A stretch of DNA of 64,000 bases from contig CAXHJY010000976.1 of NCBI GenBank assembly GCA_964016885.1, forward strand, positions 29,921 through 93,920, given 5' to 3'. The translations under genes and the position numbers were made by a program. The notes under the pieces were generated by a model. The model had not been told where the DNA came from. It did no database searches and was given only the letters and a program-made list of their open reading frames with translations. The DNA comes from Eledone cirrhosa. Taxonomy: Eukaryota. Below, one piece after another: positions 38,321-64,000 of this stretch (positions are counted from its first letter, which is position 1; each line of letters opens with the position of its first letter).

Positions 38321-41300
38321 CCAACAGTCTTATAAACAGGAAACTTCTTCCTCTTTTTTAGCCATAATGAATCTGGCAAAAGAACTGGAAAAAAACATTC
38401 GAGCTATCACCCAGCACCACCCTCCACTATCACCCCACTGCACAAACTCCCATTGCTGCCATTAACAAACAAACAAATTAACAACACACCAAAACAATTA
38501 AAACCATCCACTCTCGCCTCTACATTTTTGCTTAACGCCCAAGGCATCAGCCCTTCCACCAATACTCAAAAATGGAAGATCAAATTCCTGGAGGACTGGA
38601 TTGATGTCCATCCAAACCACATCCCTTTCTTCATCCTCACTGAAACCCATCTCAGTAACCTCCACTTGGAAGCCGAGGTGAAAGTGAAAAATTTCAAAGC
38701 CATCCGTGCTGATCGCGCTGGCAGAAGAAAGGGCGGGACTGCCATTTATGTCCATAATTCTTTCTCAACAGAGGCTATGAACATATTCACTAAAGGATAC
38801 TGTGAAGCAGTCACTGTATTCAGTCAAACTAACAACCTAATAGTAGTTGGGCTCTATAGGCCACCCCAAACGCCTGTACCATGCTTCAAGGAATGCCTCA
38901 ACAGCATAAAGTGTTTCATCCAAGAGTGTCACCCTGACAACATCTTAATGATGGGGGACTTCAACCTCCCCGGAGTTGACTGGTCCACAAACAGCCTGCC
39001 ACCAGGTTCTTCTGCCTCAACCTCTGACAGGGAAGCAGTGGAATCGCTTCTTGACTTCATGGATGATTTCTTCCTATCCCAACTGGTGCTCGAACCAACG
39101 AGGTGCCACAAAAACGTCCTAGACTTAATTTTCAGCAATCACACTGACAATATCCACAATATTGCAGTGGAGAAAACTCTACTCTCTGATCATGACATGG
39201 TTCTCTGTGATCTGAGATTCCACCGTCCAATATACAAACCCAATGTCATCTCTCCTGTCCATCCGTTTGACGCTATGGATTTCCACAATGCAAACTGGGA
39301 AGCGATCAGTCATGATCTTGCACATGTCGACTGGTCCTTCACGCACACTCATACACCCACTAACATCAAAAAGTCCTGGCAGACATTTGTGGACACTGTT
39401 ACAAACATATGTGAAAAACACACCCCATTAAGGACTATAAACAAATCTAAGAGCAGAATCCCTAGAAATAGAAAAACGCTCATCAGAAAAATTAAGAGAA
39501 CGAACAAAAAAATCAACAAGCTGAAATACTGTCAGCAGCAACACATCAACTTGACTGCCATTTCATCATTAGAGATTAAAAAACATAACCTCCAAAACAA
39601 CATAATGTCCCTCATCAACAATCAGAGAAGAGCTGAAGAGGCCTGGGCCATTGAGAAGATCAAACTCAATCCCAAAGTGTTCTTTTCATTTGCAAAAAAA
39701 CACAAAATCACTGGCTCTACTGTTGGCCCTCTAATTGATGAAAATGGCACTCTTCAAGACAATGCTAAAACCATGGGTGAGATACTGCAGAAACAATACT
39801 GCTCTGTTTTCAGCAATCCTGATATGGCCGATCTGGGCTGTATCGGCGATGTTACTCCACATTACACCTTATCGGACATAACGTTTGGCGCCCCTGATGT
39901 CTTAGCGGCAATAAAGGAAATCAAGCATAATTCAGCAGTAGGTCCCGATAGGTTCCCTGCTTGTGTCTTGAAGGCGTGTCAACACCAACTTGCATCTCCT
40001 CTTGCCAATCTGTGGCGGAACTCACTGGATGCTGGATATGTGCCAGAAAACCTTCTATCCCAGTCTGTTGTCCCAGTTTTCAAAAAGGGAAACAAATCCC
40101 TTGCCGTGAATTACCGTCCAATCTCACTCACCTCTCATATCATTAAGGTATTTGAGAGAGTGGTGAGATCGCGAATGACCCACTTCCTTGAGAGTAACAA
40201 TATGCTGAACTCCAACCAGCATGGATTCCGTAATGGAAGGGATTGCCTGACGCAGCTACTGCATCACTTTGATGACATTTTGAGAGCCTTGGGAGAGGGT
40301 TCCAACACTGATGTTATCTACCTTGATATCAGCAAGGCCTTTGACAGGGTTGATCATAACATTCTACTGAGAAAGCTGTCCAATATTGGTGTCACTGGAA
40401 AGCTGCTGCAGTGGATCAAGAGCTTCCTGTCAAACAGAACCCAACATGTTGTAGTTGAAGGAGTCAAATCCAGCCCAGCCAAAGTCAGTAGTGGGGTCCC
40501 ACAAGGCACTGTGTTGGGCCCACTTCTCTTCATCATCTATATTAATGACATCACTGACATCATCAAACACAGCAACATTAAAATTTTCGCTGATGATTCC
40601 AAGCTCCAAAAGGTCATCAATGGCGTGGATGACCGGATAAGCCTTCAGTCAGACCTACTGGCTGTTACCCAATGGGCGGAAAAGAACAACATGTTACTGA
40701 ACGAAGACAAATTCGACCTGATCCACTTTGGAAAAGAGGATGCTCTGAAACTCCCGTACTCCCTTCCCTCCGGGGAAACTCTCGTGGCATCTAACAACAT
40801 CAGAGACTTGGGAGTAACCGTGGACAGCAACATAAGCTGGACCACGCATATAAGCAGCAAAGTTGACATGGCCCGCAGAATGTGTTCCTGGATCCTCAGA
40901 ACCTTCCAGTCGAGAGATTCCCACACCATTATCCTTCTCTTCTCTACTTGTGCCCGACCACACCTTGAATACTGTTGTCCACTGTGGTCTCCCCACACGA
41001 AACAAAGTATCATGAAACTTGAAGCTCCTCAAAGGGCAATCACGAAAAAGATAGATGGCATGTCAGACCTTGACTACTGGGGTCGACTAGAAAAGCTGAA
41101 ACTTTACTCATTCCAACGTCGCCGTGAGCGTTATATTATCTGCATGATGTGAAAAATGTTCCATCATCACTGCCCAAATGATGTTGGCATCGCGTTCAAG
41201 ATACACCCAAGGCTTGGGCCCCGTGCTATCCGTCCCATTCAAAAATCTAAATCGCAACTCATAACAACAATACGGCACAATTATTTCACCTCAATCGGCC

Positions 41301-41560
41301 CTGCTCTCTTCAACATCACACCAGGACACGTCAAAACAGAAACTGACCACACAAAATTCAAGAAGTCTTTGGACAAATTCCTCCAAGTAATCCCGGACAA
41401 ACCACCCACACCCGGATATGTCTCCGCAAACATTAATTCTCTTCTCGAATGGGCCATGGTGCCCAAATCCTGAATTGAAAGACTTCGCCAGGTGGTGCTA
41501 TTAAGTTAGACATGGCCTGGGCCAATACTGGCCAAAACATTTCAAAGTTATTCAAAGTTA
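38321..41560 (+). mobile_element. CR1-group LINE copy 1, 5'-truncated in ORF1
   Basis: APE endonuclease (LNAQG, LTETH, GDFN, LDL, SDHD) and RT (YRPISLT, KAFD, GVPQG, FADD); TGG>TGA stop at 41150-41152; 3' tail TTCAAAGTTA x2 then (TA)n. Confidence 0.95.
38453..41473 (+). pseudogene. CR1 ORF2 (EN+RT) with one premature stop
   Basis: 899-aa ORF + in-frame 105-aa continuation; the stop is Trp in copy 2. Confidence 0.9.
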
Positions 41561-41577
41561 TATATATACATATATAC

Positions 41578-41693
<116 letters not shown>

Positions 41694-41724
41694 TTATATA
41701 TATATATATATATATATATAAACA

Positions 41725-41759
<35 letters not shown>

Positions 41760-41776
41760 ATATTTATATATATACA

Positions 41777-41810
<34 letters not shown>

Positions 41811-41873
41811 CATATATACATATATATACATATATATATATATATACATATATACATATTTATACATATATAC

Positions 41874-41948
<75 letters not shown>

Positions 41949-41949
41949 G

Positions 41950-42470
41950 AAAGACCTAGAAAAACCTGGGATGAGCTGATAAACTCCGACATCACACACT
42001 TACACCTCTCCAAGACAATGTCACTGGACCGAGACCTTTGGCGGTACTCAGTAACAGAGAAGACCCGCCTTACCTAAATATATAGTAAAACCTACTCCAG
42101 CCAGTAGGCATCTCTAACAAAATACACCCCTTCCCACCACCACCACCACCACCCCATCCATACCACCCCGTTCTATGTAAAGTTATGTTGGTGCCGCGCC
42201 ATCCAGGCCGAAACAAATGAGATCGTGTAGGTGTCACGACAAAAAAACACACAGTCCACGCAGTAATGTGGCCGTGTAGGCAACACGGTAAAAACCTCCC
42301 AGACGCACACTGTAAATGTGGTTGGTGTTAGGAAGGACATCCAACTGTAGAAAACCTGACAGACAGTCCTATGCGAGCAAGACAATCACTCTTGCCTCAA
42401 GTGGGACTACGCCCGTCCAAACCCATGAAAGCGTGGAACACGGACGTTGAACGTTGATGATGATGATGAT
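41950..42470 (+). mobile_element. RTE LINE 3' end
   Basis: [13 protein letters not shown]..., 3' UTR matching 10550-11070, (GAT)n tail. Confidence 0.85.
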
Positions 42471-42492
42471 ATATATATATACATATATATAC

Positions 42493-42653
<161 letters not shown>

Positions 42654-42661
42654 CTCTTATA

Positions 42662-42845
<184 letters not shown>

Positions 42846-42890
42846 CATATATATATATACATATATATATATATACATATATATATATAC

Positions 42891-43303
<413 letters not shown>

Positions 43304-43338
43304 CATACATATATATATATACATATATATATATATAC

Positions 43339-43441
<103 letters not shown>

Positions 43442-43442
43442 C

Positions 43443-43475
<33 letters not shown>

Positions 43476-43507
43476 AATATATACATATATATATATAAAT
43501 ATATACA

Positions 43508-43539
<32 letters not shown>

Positions 43540-43551
43540 AATATATACATA

Positions 43552-43826
<275 letters not shown>

Positions 43827-43828
43827 GG

Positions 43829-44015
<187 letters not shown>

Positions 44016-44023
44016 TGTATATG

Positions 44024-44563
<540 letters not shown>

Positions 44564-44667
44564 CGTATATATATATATATATACGTGTATATATATATAT
44601 ATACGTATATATATATATATATACGTGTATATATATATATATACGTATATATATATATATATACGTG

Positions 44668-44732
<65 letters not shown>

Positions 44733-44746
44733 GTGTATATATATAT

Positions 44747-45267
<521 letters not shown>

Positions 45268-45282
45268 AATATATATATATAC

Positions 45283-45321
<39 letters not shown>

Positions 45322-45326
<5 letters not shown>

Positions 45327-46326
45327 AAATAACGAAACGAAATCAAATTTCGTTTCGTTTGTAACTCACTTTTGTATGACTGACGCTTAAACAATTAAGT
45401 TAAAAATGTACATCCACATATGTATACTGAAATACTAGTATGCATATGAATACACACACGTATACATATGTAGATGTACCGAGTTTTTCACTGGTCACTT
45501 TACTGTGAGTGTCCAGCTATTCTGTATGTAAACACACAGACAAACCGGTTTTTAGAGTCATACTGGTTTTTGAGGAAACACCTTTCCTCTATTCTCCAGA
45601 AAGCCAGGCAAGGAAGATAGGTAAATATTGCTGATGAGATGTAACAACATCGAAACTAGTTCAATATTCAAGGTGTTTCCTCAAAAACCAGTATGACTCT
45701 AAAAACCGGTTTGTCTGTGTGTTTACATACAGAATAGCTGGACACTCACAGTAAAGTGACCAGTGAAAAACTCGGTACATCTACATATGTATACGTGTGT
45801 GTATTCATATGCATACTAGTATTTCAGTATACATATGTGGATGTACATTTTTAACTTAATTGTTTAAGCGTCAGTCATACAAAAGTGAGTTACAAACGAA
45901 ACGAAATTTAATTTTGTTTCGTTATTTGTTTTTATCGTCTCCGTTGAACCGGTACGTACTCACGCTCTATGCAAATTAGTCTGCCCACTACTAATTTTCA
46001 TAGTAAAAGCATATAACGATATGTGCTTTTACGATTCTCTAGAGAGGCCGGAAGATAGGTAAATATTGCTGATGACATGTAACAACATCGAAACTAGTTC
46101 AATATTCCTTGCCTGGCTTTCTGGAGAATAGAGGAAAGGTGTTTCCTCAAAAACAGTATGACTCTAAAAACCGGTTTGTCTGTGTGTTTACATACAGAAT
46201 AGCTGGACACTCACAGTAAAGTGACCAGTGAAAAACTCGGTACATCTACATATGTATACGTGTGTGTATTCATATGCATACTAGTATTTCAGTATACATA
46301 TGTGGATGTACATTTTTAACTTAATT
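45322..46326 (+). mobile_element. Retrozyme-like family B: inverted partial unit + ~1.6 tandem units with two hammerheads
   Basis: 45322-45613 is an inverted copy of the unit body; hammerheads AATATTG CTGATGA GATGT AACA ACATC GAAA C TA G TT CAATATT at 45624-45668 and 46062-46106. Confidence 0.85.
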
Positions 46327-46327
46327 A

Positions 46328-46372
<45 letters not shown>

Positions 46373-46390
46373 ATAAATATATATATATAC

Positions 46391-46439
<49 letters not shown>

Positions 46440-46578
46440 CATATATATATATTTATATACATATATATATATATATACATATATCTATATATATATATAT
46501 ATTTATATACATATATATATATATACATATATATATACATATATATATATATATTTAAATATATATATATTTATATAC

Positions 46579-46683
<105 letters not shown>

Positions 46684-46734
46684 CATATATATACATATAT
46701 ATATATACATATACATATATATATATACATATAC

Positions 46735-46765
<31 letters not shown>

Positions 46766-46766
46766 G

Positions 46767-46797
<31 letters not shown>

Positions 46798-46836
46798 CAT
46801 GTATATATATATACATGTATATATATATACATGTAC

Positions 46837-46867
<31 letters not shown>

Positions 46868-46882
46868 CATATATATATATAC

Positions 46883-47851
<969 letters not shown>

Positions 47852-47962
47852 GTATATATATGTATATATATGTATATATATGTGTATATATATATATACA
47901 TATATATATATATGTATATATGTGTATATATATATATACATATATATATATATGTATATATA

Positions 47963-48122
<160 letters not shown>

Positions 48123-48248
48123 CATATACATATACATATATATATATACATATATACATATACATATATATATATATATACATATATATATATGTATATA
48201 TATATATGTACATATATATATGTATATATATATACATATATATATATG

Positions 48249-48279
<31 letters not shown>

Positions 48280-48318
48280 GTATATATGTTTCTGTATATA
48301 TGTATATACATATATATG

Positions 48319-48349
<31 letters not shown>

Positions 48350-48358
48350 GTATGTATG

Positions 48359-48389
<31 letters not shown>

Positions 48390-48394
48390 GTATG

Positions 48395-48427
<33 letters not shown>

Positions 48428-48431
48428 GTAT

Positions 48432-48469
<38 letters not shown>

Positions 48470-48470
48470 G

Positions 48471-48501
<31 letters not shown>

Positions 48502-48542
48502 GTATATATATATGTATATATATATATATGTATATATATATG

Positions 48543-48573
<31 letters not shown>

Positions 48574-48586
48574 GTATATATATATG

Positions 48587-48617
<31 letters not shown>

Positions 48618-48637
48618 GTATATATATATGTATATAT

Positions 48638-48689
<52 letters not shown>

Positions 48690-48716
48690 GTATATATATA
48701 TACAGAAACATATAGA

Positions 48717-49874
48717 ATGGCTAACCAGCAAAAATCCAAACAGAACTGGTCTGATAATGAAATCGACATTCTAATAAACACATGGCATTGCCTTTCCCAA
48801 ACAGAAAATATAGATGCTTCATCTCTGAACGACATTGCTAAACGTACAGTTCAATTTTTGAAAACTCGATCTGAACAACAGATTCAAAATAAATTAAAGC
48901 AAATCGAAATTGCTTTTAAATTAATCAATAAACATTTGGATAAACTACGGTGTGTTTTCTCTTCGAATGCTGTCCAGCAGCAGCAACAACAACAACAGCA
49001 GCTACAACAGCAACAACAACAACAGCTACAACAACAACATCAACAACAGCTACAACATCAACAACAGCAACAACAACAGTGTGAACCACTCCTTGATTCA
49101 TCAACAATGGCCGATCTACTAAATGAAACTATTGACCCCCCAGTAGCCTCTGTCTCACAGCATGAAACGCCACATCCTTTCTCTGGCCCAGCAGTCCAAT
49201 CATCACCACTGCCAACATCTCTGCCTACTACTACTACTACTACTACTACAACATTTTTGTCTACTGCTATGTCAAGGAATTTACCTTCTAATACCAGAAC
49301 AAGAACTCTCCCTCCCACAGTCCACAAAGGTCGTCAAATCCTACCCAAACCATCATCTACACCTCTCACAACACCCACACCCATATACCCACCCACTCGA
49401 AACCCCATCATTTGCCGCTACTCTCTACGCTATAGAATATGTACGGATAGTGGCTGCAAATTCACCCATTTACCTAGGACAAAACGATCTATCCCCACAA
49501 ACAGCCACCACCATAATACATACTCTAATTTAACACCAACACAACCACCAATAACTCAAACAAGGAATCCACAAATCTGCCGTTTTTCCCTGCCAGACAG
49601 ATTGTGTTTAGACCGGGATTGTCCCTTTACCCATCTCCCGGGGACCCGTCGGATAAATGAAAATAAAATTAAAAATAAAAGCAAAAACAAAAACCATAAC
49701 CTACATAAAAATAACCACTACCACAGTCACCAACAGTCTTCTAAACAGGAAACTTCTTCCTCTTTTTTAGCCATAATGAATCTGGCAAAAGAACTGGAAA
49801 AAAACATTCGAGCTATCACCCAGCACCACCCTCCACTATCACCCCACTGCACAAACTCCCATTGCTGCCATTAA
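48717..49874 (+). CDS. LINE ORF1, 385 aa: Myb/SANT-like N-terminus, polyQ, Thr/Pro linker, two CCCH fingers
   Basis: ATG 48717; [14 protein letters not shown]...[13 protein letters not shown]; [19 protein letters not shown] and [19 protein letters not shown]. Confidence 0.78.
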   Translation: MANQQKSKQNWSDNEIDILINTWHCLSQTENIDASSLNDIAKRTVQFLKTRSEQQIQNKLKQIEIAFKLINKHLDKLRCVFSSNAVQQQQQQQQQLQQQQQQQLQQQHQQQLQHQQQQQQQCEPLLDSSTMADLLNETIDPPVASVSQHETPHPFSGPAVQSSPLPTSLPTTTTTTTTTFLSTAMSRNLPSNTRTRTLPPTVHKGRQILPKPSSTPLTTPTPIYPPTRNPIICRYSLRYRICTDSGCKFTHLPRTKRSIPTNSHHHNTYSNLTPTQPPITQTRNPQICRFSLPDRLCLDRDCPFTHLPGTRRINENKIKNKSKNKNHNLHKNNHYHSHQQSSKQETSSSFLAIMNLAKELEKNIRAITQHHPPLSPHCTNSHCCH

Positions 49875-52836
49875 CAAACAAACAAATTAACAACACACCA
49901 AAACAATTAAAACCATCCACTCTCGCCTCTACATTTTTGCTTAACGCCCAAGGCATCAGCCCTTCCACCAATACTCAAAAATGGAAGATCAAATTCCTGG
50001 AGGACTGGATTGATGTCCATCCAAACCACATCCCTTTCTTCGTCCTCACTGAAACCCATCTCAGTAACCCCCACTTGGAAGCCGAGGTGAAAGTGAAAAA
50101 TTTCAAAGCCATCCGTGCTGATCGCGCTGGCAGAAGAAAGGGCGGAACTGCCATTTATGTCCATAATTCTTTCTCAACAGAGGCTATGAACATATTCACT
50201 AATGGATACTGTGAGGCAGTCACTGTATTCAGTCAAACCAACAACCTATTAGTAGTTGGGCTCTATAGGCCACCCCAAACGCCTGTACCATGCTTCAAGG
50301 AATGCCTCAACAGCATAAAGTGTTTCATCCAAGAGTGTCACCCTGACAACATCTTAATGATGGGGGACTTCAACCTCCCCGGAGTTGACTGGTCCACAAA
50401 CACCCTGCCACCAGGTTCTTCTGCCTCAATTTCTTCCTATCCCAACTAGTGCTCGAACCAACGAGGTGCCACAAAAACGTCCTAGACTTAATTTTCAGCA
50501 ATCACACTGACAATATCCACAATATTGCAGTGGAGAAAACTCTACTCTCTGATCATGACATGGTTCTCTGTGATCTGAGATTCCACCGTCCAATATACAA
50601 ACCCAATGTCATTTCTCCTGTCCATCCGTTTGACGCTATGGATTTCCACAATGCAAACTGGGAAGCGATCAGTCATGATCTTGCACATGTCGACTGGTCC
50701 TTCACGCACACTCATACACCCACTAACATCAAAAAGTCCTGGCAGACATTTGTGGACACTGTTACAAACATATGTGCTAAACACACCCCATTAAGAACTA
50801 TAAACAAATCTAAGAGCAGAATCCCTAGAAATAGAAAAACGCTCATCAGAAAAATTAAGAGAACGAACAAAAAAATCAACAATCTGAAATACTGTCAGCA
50901 GCAACACATCAACTTGACTGCCATTTCATCACTAGAGATTAAAAAACATAACCTCCAAAACAACATAATGTCTCTCATCAACAATCAGAGAAGAGCTGAA
51001 GAGGCCTGGGCCATTGAGAAGATCAAACTCAATCCCAAAGTGTTCTTTTCATTTGCAAAAAAACACAAAATCACTGGCTCTACTGTTGGCCCTCTAATTG
51101 ATGAAAATGGCACTCTTCAAGACAATGCTAAAACCATGGGTGAGATACTGCAGAAACAATACTGCTCTGTTTTCAGCAATCCTGATATGGCCGATCTGGG
51201 CTGTATCGGCGATGTTACTCCCCATTACACCTTATCGGACATAACGTTTGGCGCCCCTGATGTCTTGGCGGCAATAAAGGAAATCAAGCATAATTCAGCA
51301 GTAGGTCCCGATAGGTTCCCTGCTTGTGTCTTGAAGGCGTGTCAACACCAACTTGCTTCTCCTCTTGCCAATCTGTGGCGGAACTCACTGGATGCTGGAT
51401 ATGTGCCAGAAAACCTTCTATCCCAGTCTGTTGTCCCAGTTTTCAAAAAGGGAAACAAATCCCTTGCCGTGAATTACCGTCCAATCTCACTCACCTCTCA
51501 TATCATTAAGGTATTTGAGCGAGTGGTGAGATCGCGAATGACCCACTTCCTTGAGAGTAACAATATGCTGAACTCCAACCAGCATGGATTCCGTAATGGA
51601 AGGGATTGCCTGACGCAACTACTGCATCACTTTGATGACATTTTGAGAGCCTTGGGAGAGGGTTCCAACACTGATGTTATCTACCTTGATTTCAGCAAGG
51701 CCTTTGACAGGGTTGATCATAACATTCTACTGAGAAAGCTGTCCAATATTGGTGTCACTGGAAAGCTGCTGCAGTGGATCAAGAGCTTCCTGTCAAACAG
51801 AACCCAACATGTTGTAGTTGAGGGAGTCAAATCAAGCCCAGCCAAAGTCAGTAGTGGAGTCCCACAAGGCACTGTGTTGGGCCCACTTCTCTTCATCATC
51901 TATATTAATGACATCACTGACATCATCAAACACAGCAACATTAAAATTTTCGCTGATGATTCCAAGCTCCAAAAGGTCATCAATGGCGTGGATGACCGGA
52001 TAAGCCTTCAGTCAGACCTACTGGCTGTTACCCAATGGGCAGAAAAGAACAACATGTTACTGAACGAAGACAAATTCGAACTGATCCACTTTGGAAAAGA
52101 GGATGCTCTGAAACTCCCGTACTCCCTTCCCTCCGGGGAAACTCTCGTGGCATCTAACAACATCAGAGACTTGGGAGTAACCGTGGACAGCAACATAAGC
52201 TGGACCACGCATATAAGCAGCAAAGTTGACATGGCCCGCAGAATGTGTTCCTGGATCCTCAGAACCTTCCAGTCGAGAGATTCCCGCACCATTATCCTTC
52301 TCTTCTCTACTTTCGCCCGACCACACCTTGAATACTGTTGTCCACTGTGGTCTCCCCACACGAAACAAAGTATCATGAAACTTGAAGCTCCTCAAAGGGC
52401 AATCACGAAAAAGATAGATGGCATGTCAGACCTTGACTACTGGGGTCGATTGGAAAACCTGAAACTTTACTCACTCCAACGTCGCCGTGAGCGTTATATT
52501 ATCTGCATGATGTGGAAAATGTTCCATCATCACTGCCCAAATGATGTTGGCATCGCGTTCAAGATACACCCAAGGCTTGGGCCCCGTGCTATCCGTCCCA
52601 TTCAAAAATCTAAATCGCAACTCATAACAACAATACGGCACAATTATTTCACCTCAATCGGCCCTGCTCTCTTCAACATCACACCAGGACACGTCAAAAC
52701 AGAAACTGACCACACAAAATTCAAGAAGTCTTTGGACAAATTCCTCCAAGTAATCCCGGACAAACCACCCACACCCGGATATGTCTCCGCAAACAGTAAT
52801 TCTCTTCTCGAATGGGCCATGGTGCCCAAATCCTGA
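49862..52836 (+). pseudogene. CR1 ORF2 (EN+RT) broken by a 46-bp deletion
   Basis: ORFs 49862..50449 and 50449..52836; copy 1 sequence 39021-39066 is absent here. Confidence 0.9.
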
Positions 52837-52911
52837 ATTGAAAGACTTCGCCAGGTGGTGCTATTAAGTTAGACATGGCCTGGGCCAATACTGGCCAAAA
52901 CATTTCAAAGT

Positions 52912-52970
<59 letters not shown>

Positions 52971-52978
52971 GTATATGT

Positions 52979-53034
<56 letters not shown>

Positions 53035-53045
53035 ATATATATATG

Positions 53046-53076
<31 letters not shown>

Positions 53077-53314
53077 GTATATATATACATGTATATATAT
53101 ATATGTATATATATACATATATATGTATATATATACATATATATGTATATATATACATGTATATGTATATATATACATATATATATGTATATATATACAT
53201 ATATAGATGTATATATATACATATATATATGTACATATATACATATATATATGTACATATATATATATATATATATATACATATATATGTATATATATAC
53301 ATATATATATGTAC

Positions 53315-53348
<34 letters not shown>

Positions 53349-53401
53349 GTATATCTATATATATATACATATATATATGTATATATATATATATATATGT
53401 G

Positions 53402-53480
<79 letters not shown>

Positions 53481-53594
53481 GTATATATATATACATGTAT
53501 ATATATATATATATATGTATATATATACATATATATACATATATATATATACATGTATATATATATATATATGTATATATATACATATATATAC

Positions 53595-53633
<39 letters not shown>

Positions 53634-53636
53634 TGT

Positions 53637-53680
<44 letters not shown>

Positions 53681-53690
53681 ACATATATAC

Positions 53691-53751
<61 letters not shown>

Positions 53752-53821
53752 CATATATATATATGTATATATATATATATACATATATATATGTACATAT
53801 ATATATATGTATATATATATG

Positions 53822-53854
<33 letters not shown>

Positions 53855-53867
53855 GTATATATATATG

Positions 53868-53899
<32 letters not shown>

Positions 53900-53954
53900 C
53901 ATATATATATGTATATATATATATATGTAATATATATATATATATATATACATA

Positions 53955-53999
<45 letters not shown>

Positions 54000-54028
54000 G
54001 TATATATATATATGTGTATATATATACA

Positions 54029-54135
<107 letters not shown>

Positions 54136-54166
54136 GTATATATATGTATATGTATATATGTATATG

Positions 54167-54231
<65 letters not shown>

Positions 54232-54233
54232 GT

Positions 54234-54382
<149 letters not shown>

Positions 54383-54386
54383 TATG

Positions 54387-54545
<159 letters not shown>

Positions 54546-54558
54546 GTATATATATATG

Positions 54559-54631
<73 letters not shown>

Positions 54632-54644
54632 GTATATATATATG

Positions 54645-54675
<31 letters not shown>

Positions 54676-54676
54676 G

Positions 54677-54812
<136 letters not shown>

Positions 54813-54814
54813 TC

Positions 54815-54945
<131 letters not shown>

Positions 54946-54946
54946 G

Positions 54947-55001
<55 letters not shown>

Positions 55002-55020
55002 ATATATATATGTATATATG

Positions 55021-55061
<41 letters not shown>

Positions 55062-55074
55062 GTATATATGTATA

Positions 55075-55123
<49 letters not shown>

Positions 55124-55142
55124 GTATATATGTATATATATG

Positions 55143-55174
<32 letters not shown>

Positions 55175-55183
55175 ATATATATG

Positions 55184-55217
<34 letters not shown>

Positions 55218-55226
55218 ATATATATG

Positions 55227-55313
<87 letters not shown>

Positions 55314-55346
55314 GTATATATATGTATATATATATGTATATATATG

Positions 55347-55399
<53 letters not shown>

Positions 55400-55438
55400 A
55401 TATATATATATATATGTATATATATGTATATATATATG

Positions 55439-55601
<163 letters not shown>

Positions 55602-55634
55602 GTATATGTAAATATATATATATGTATATATATG

Positions 55635-55743
<109 letters not shown>

Positions 55744-55884
55744 GTATATGTATATATGTATATATATGTATATATACATATATATATGTATATATATATA
55801 CATATATATATGTATATATATATACATATATATATGTATATATATATACATATATATATGTATATATATATACATATATATATG

Positions 55885-56345
<461 letters not shown>

Positions 56346-56368
56346 ATATATATATATATATTTATACA

Positions 56369-56430
<62 letters not shown>

Positions 56431-56462
56431 CATATATATACATATATATACATATATATACA

Positions 56463-56872
<410 letters not shown>

Positions 56873-56910
56873 CATATATATATATATAATATATATATAT
56901 ATATACATAC

Positions 56911-56941
<31 letters not shown>

Positions 56942-57000
56942 CATATATATATATACATATATATGTACATATATATATATACATATACATATATATATAC

Positions 57001-57087
<87 letters not shown>

Positions 57088-57102
57088 CATATATATATAT
57101 AC

Positions 57103-57549
<447 letters not shown>

Positions 57550-57588
57550 AATATACATATATATATACATATATATATATAAATATAC

Positions 57589-58401
<813 letters not shown>

Positions 58402-58414
58402 CATATATATATAC

Positions 58415-58495
<81 letters not shown>

Positions 58496-58498
58496 CAC

Positions 58499-58550
<52 letters not shown>

Positions 58551-58565
58551 ATATATATATATGTA

Positions 58566-58841
<276 letters not shown>

Positions 58842-58852
58842 CATATATATAC

Positions 58853-58925
<73 letters not shown>

Positions 58926-58926
58926 C

Positions 58927-59861
<935 letters not shown>

Positions 59862-59888
59862 ATATATATGTATATATATATGTATATA

Positions 59889-64000
<4,112 letters not shown>

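Larger units (their letters stand above)
48702..52913 (+). mobile_element. CR1-group LINE copy 2, near full length (ORF1 + ORF2)
   Basis: Near-identical to copy 1 over the shared length; 46-bp deletion after 50429 frameshifts ORF2; 3' tail TTCAAAGTTA into (TA)n. Confidence 0.95.

Noticed and set aside
41150-41152. In-frame TGA as selenocysteine or programmed readthrough
   Set aside because: Copy 2 has TGG at the same site; simple nonsense mutation.

Overview
AT-rich eukaryotic (animal) genomic DNA. It is most likely a coleoid cephalopod/octopus, inferred only from the repeat landscape: giant (TA)n tracts, Nin/Deu-domain SINEs, RTE, CR1 and Penelope elements. 1-~18 kb holds one spliced gene on +, a TMEM68/DIESL-type acyltransferase with 8 coding exons (5332-15457) and a probable alternative last exon at 16022 that adds a KxKxx motif. 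Its introns carry SINEs, RTE fragments, a hAT MITE and a mariner remnant. ~22.7-64 kb is a (TA)n microsatellite sink with no host genes; all Y/I-rich ORFs there are artefacts. Nested in it are two copies of a CR1-group LINE (ORF1 = Myb/SANT-like + polyQ + two CCCH fingers; ORF2 has no ATG and overlaps ORF1 in the -1 frame across two canonical slippery sites), a third CR1 fragment, two Penelope-like elements (RT and/or GIY-YIG), and many non-coding hammerhead-ribozyme elements. The most striking feature is two sequence-divergent ~465-bp non-coding families: a 7-unit tandem array at 29.3-32.7 kb and an inverted/tandem insertion at 45.3-46.3 kb. They share a covarying minimal hammerhead and a conserved upstream TATGCAAATTAG/TAATTTTCATA stem module, i.e. 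a candidate retrozyme (circular-RNA retroelement) system mobilised by Penelope-like elements into (TA)n. All calls were made by eye, without database searches.
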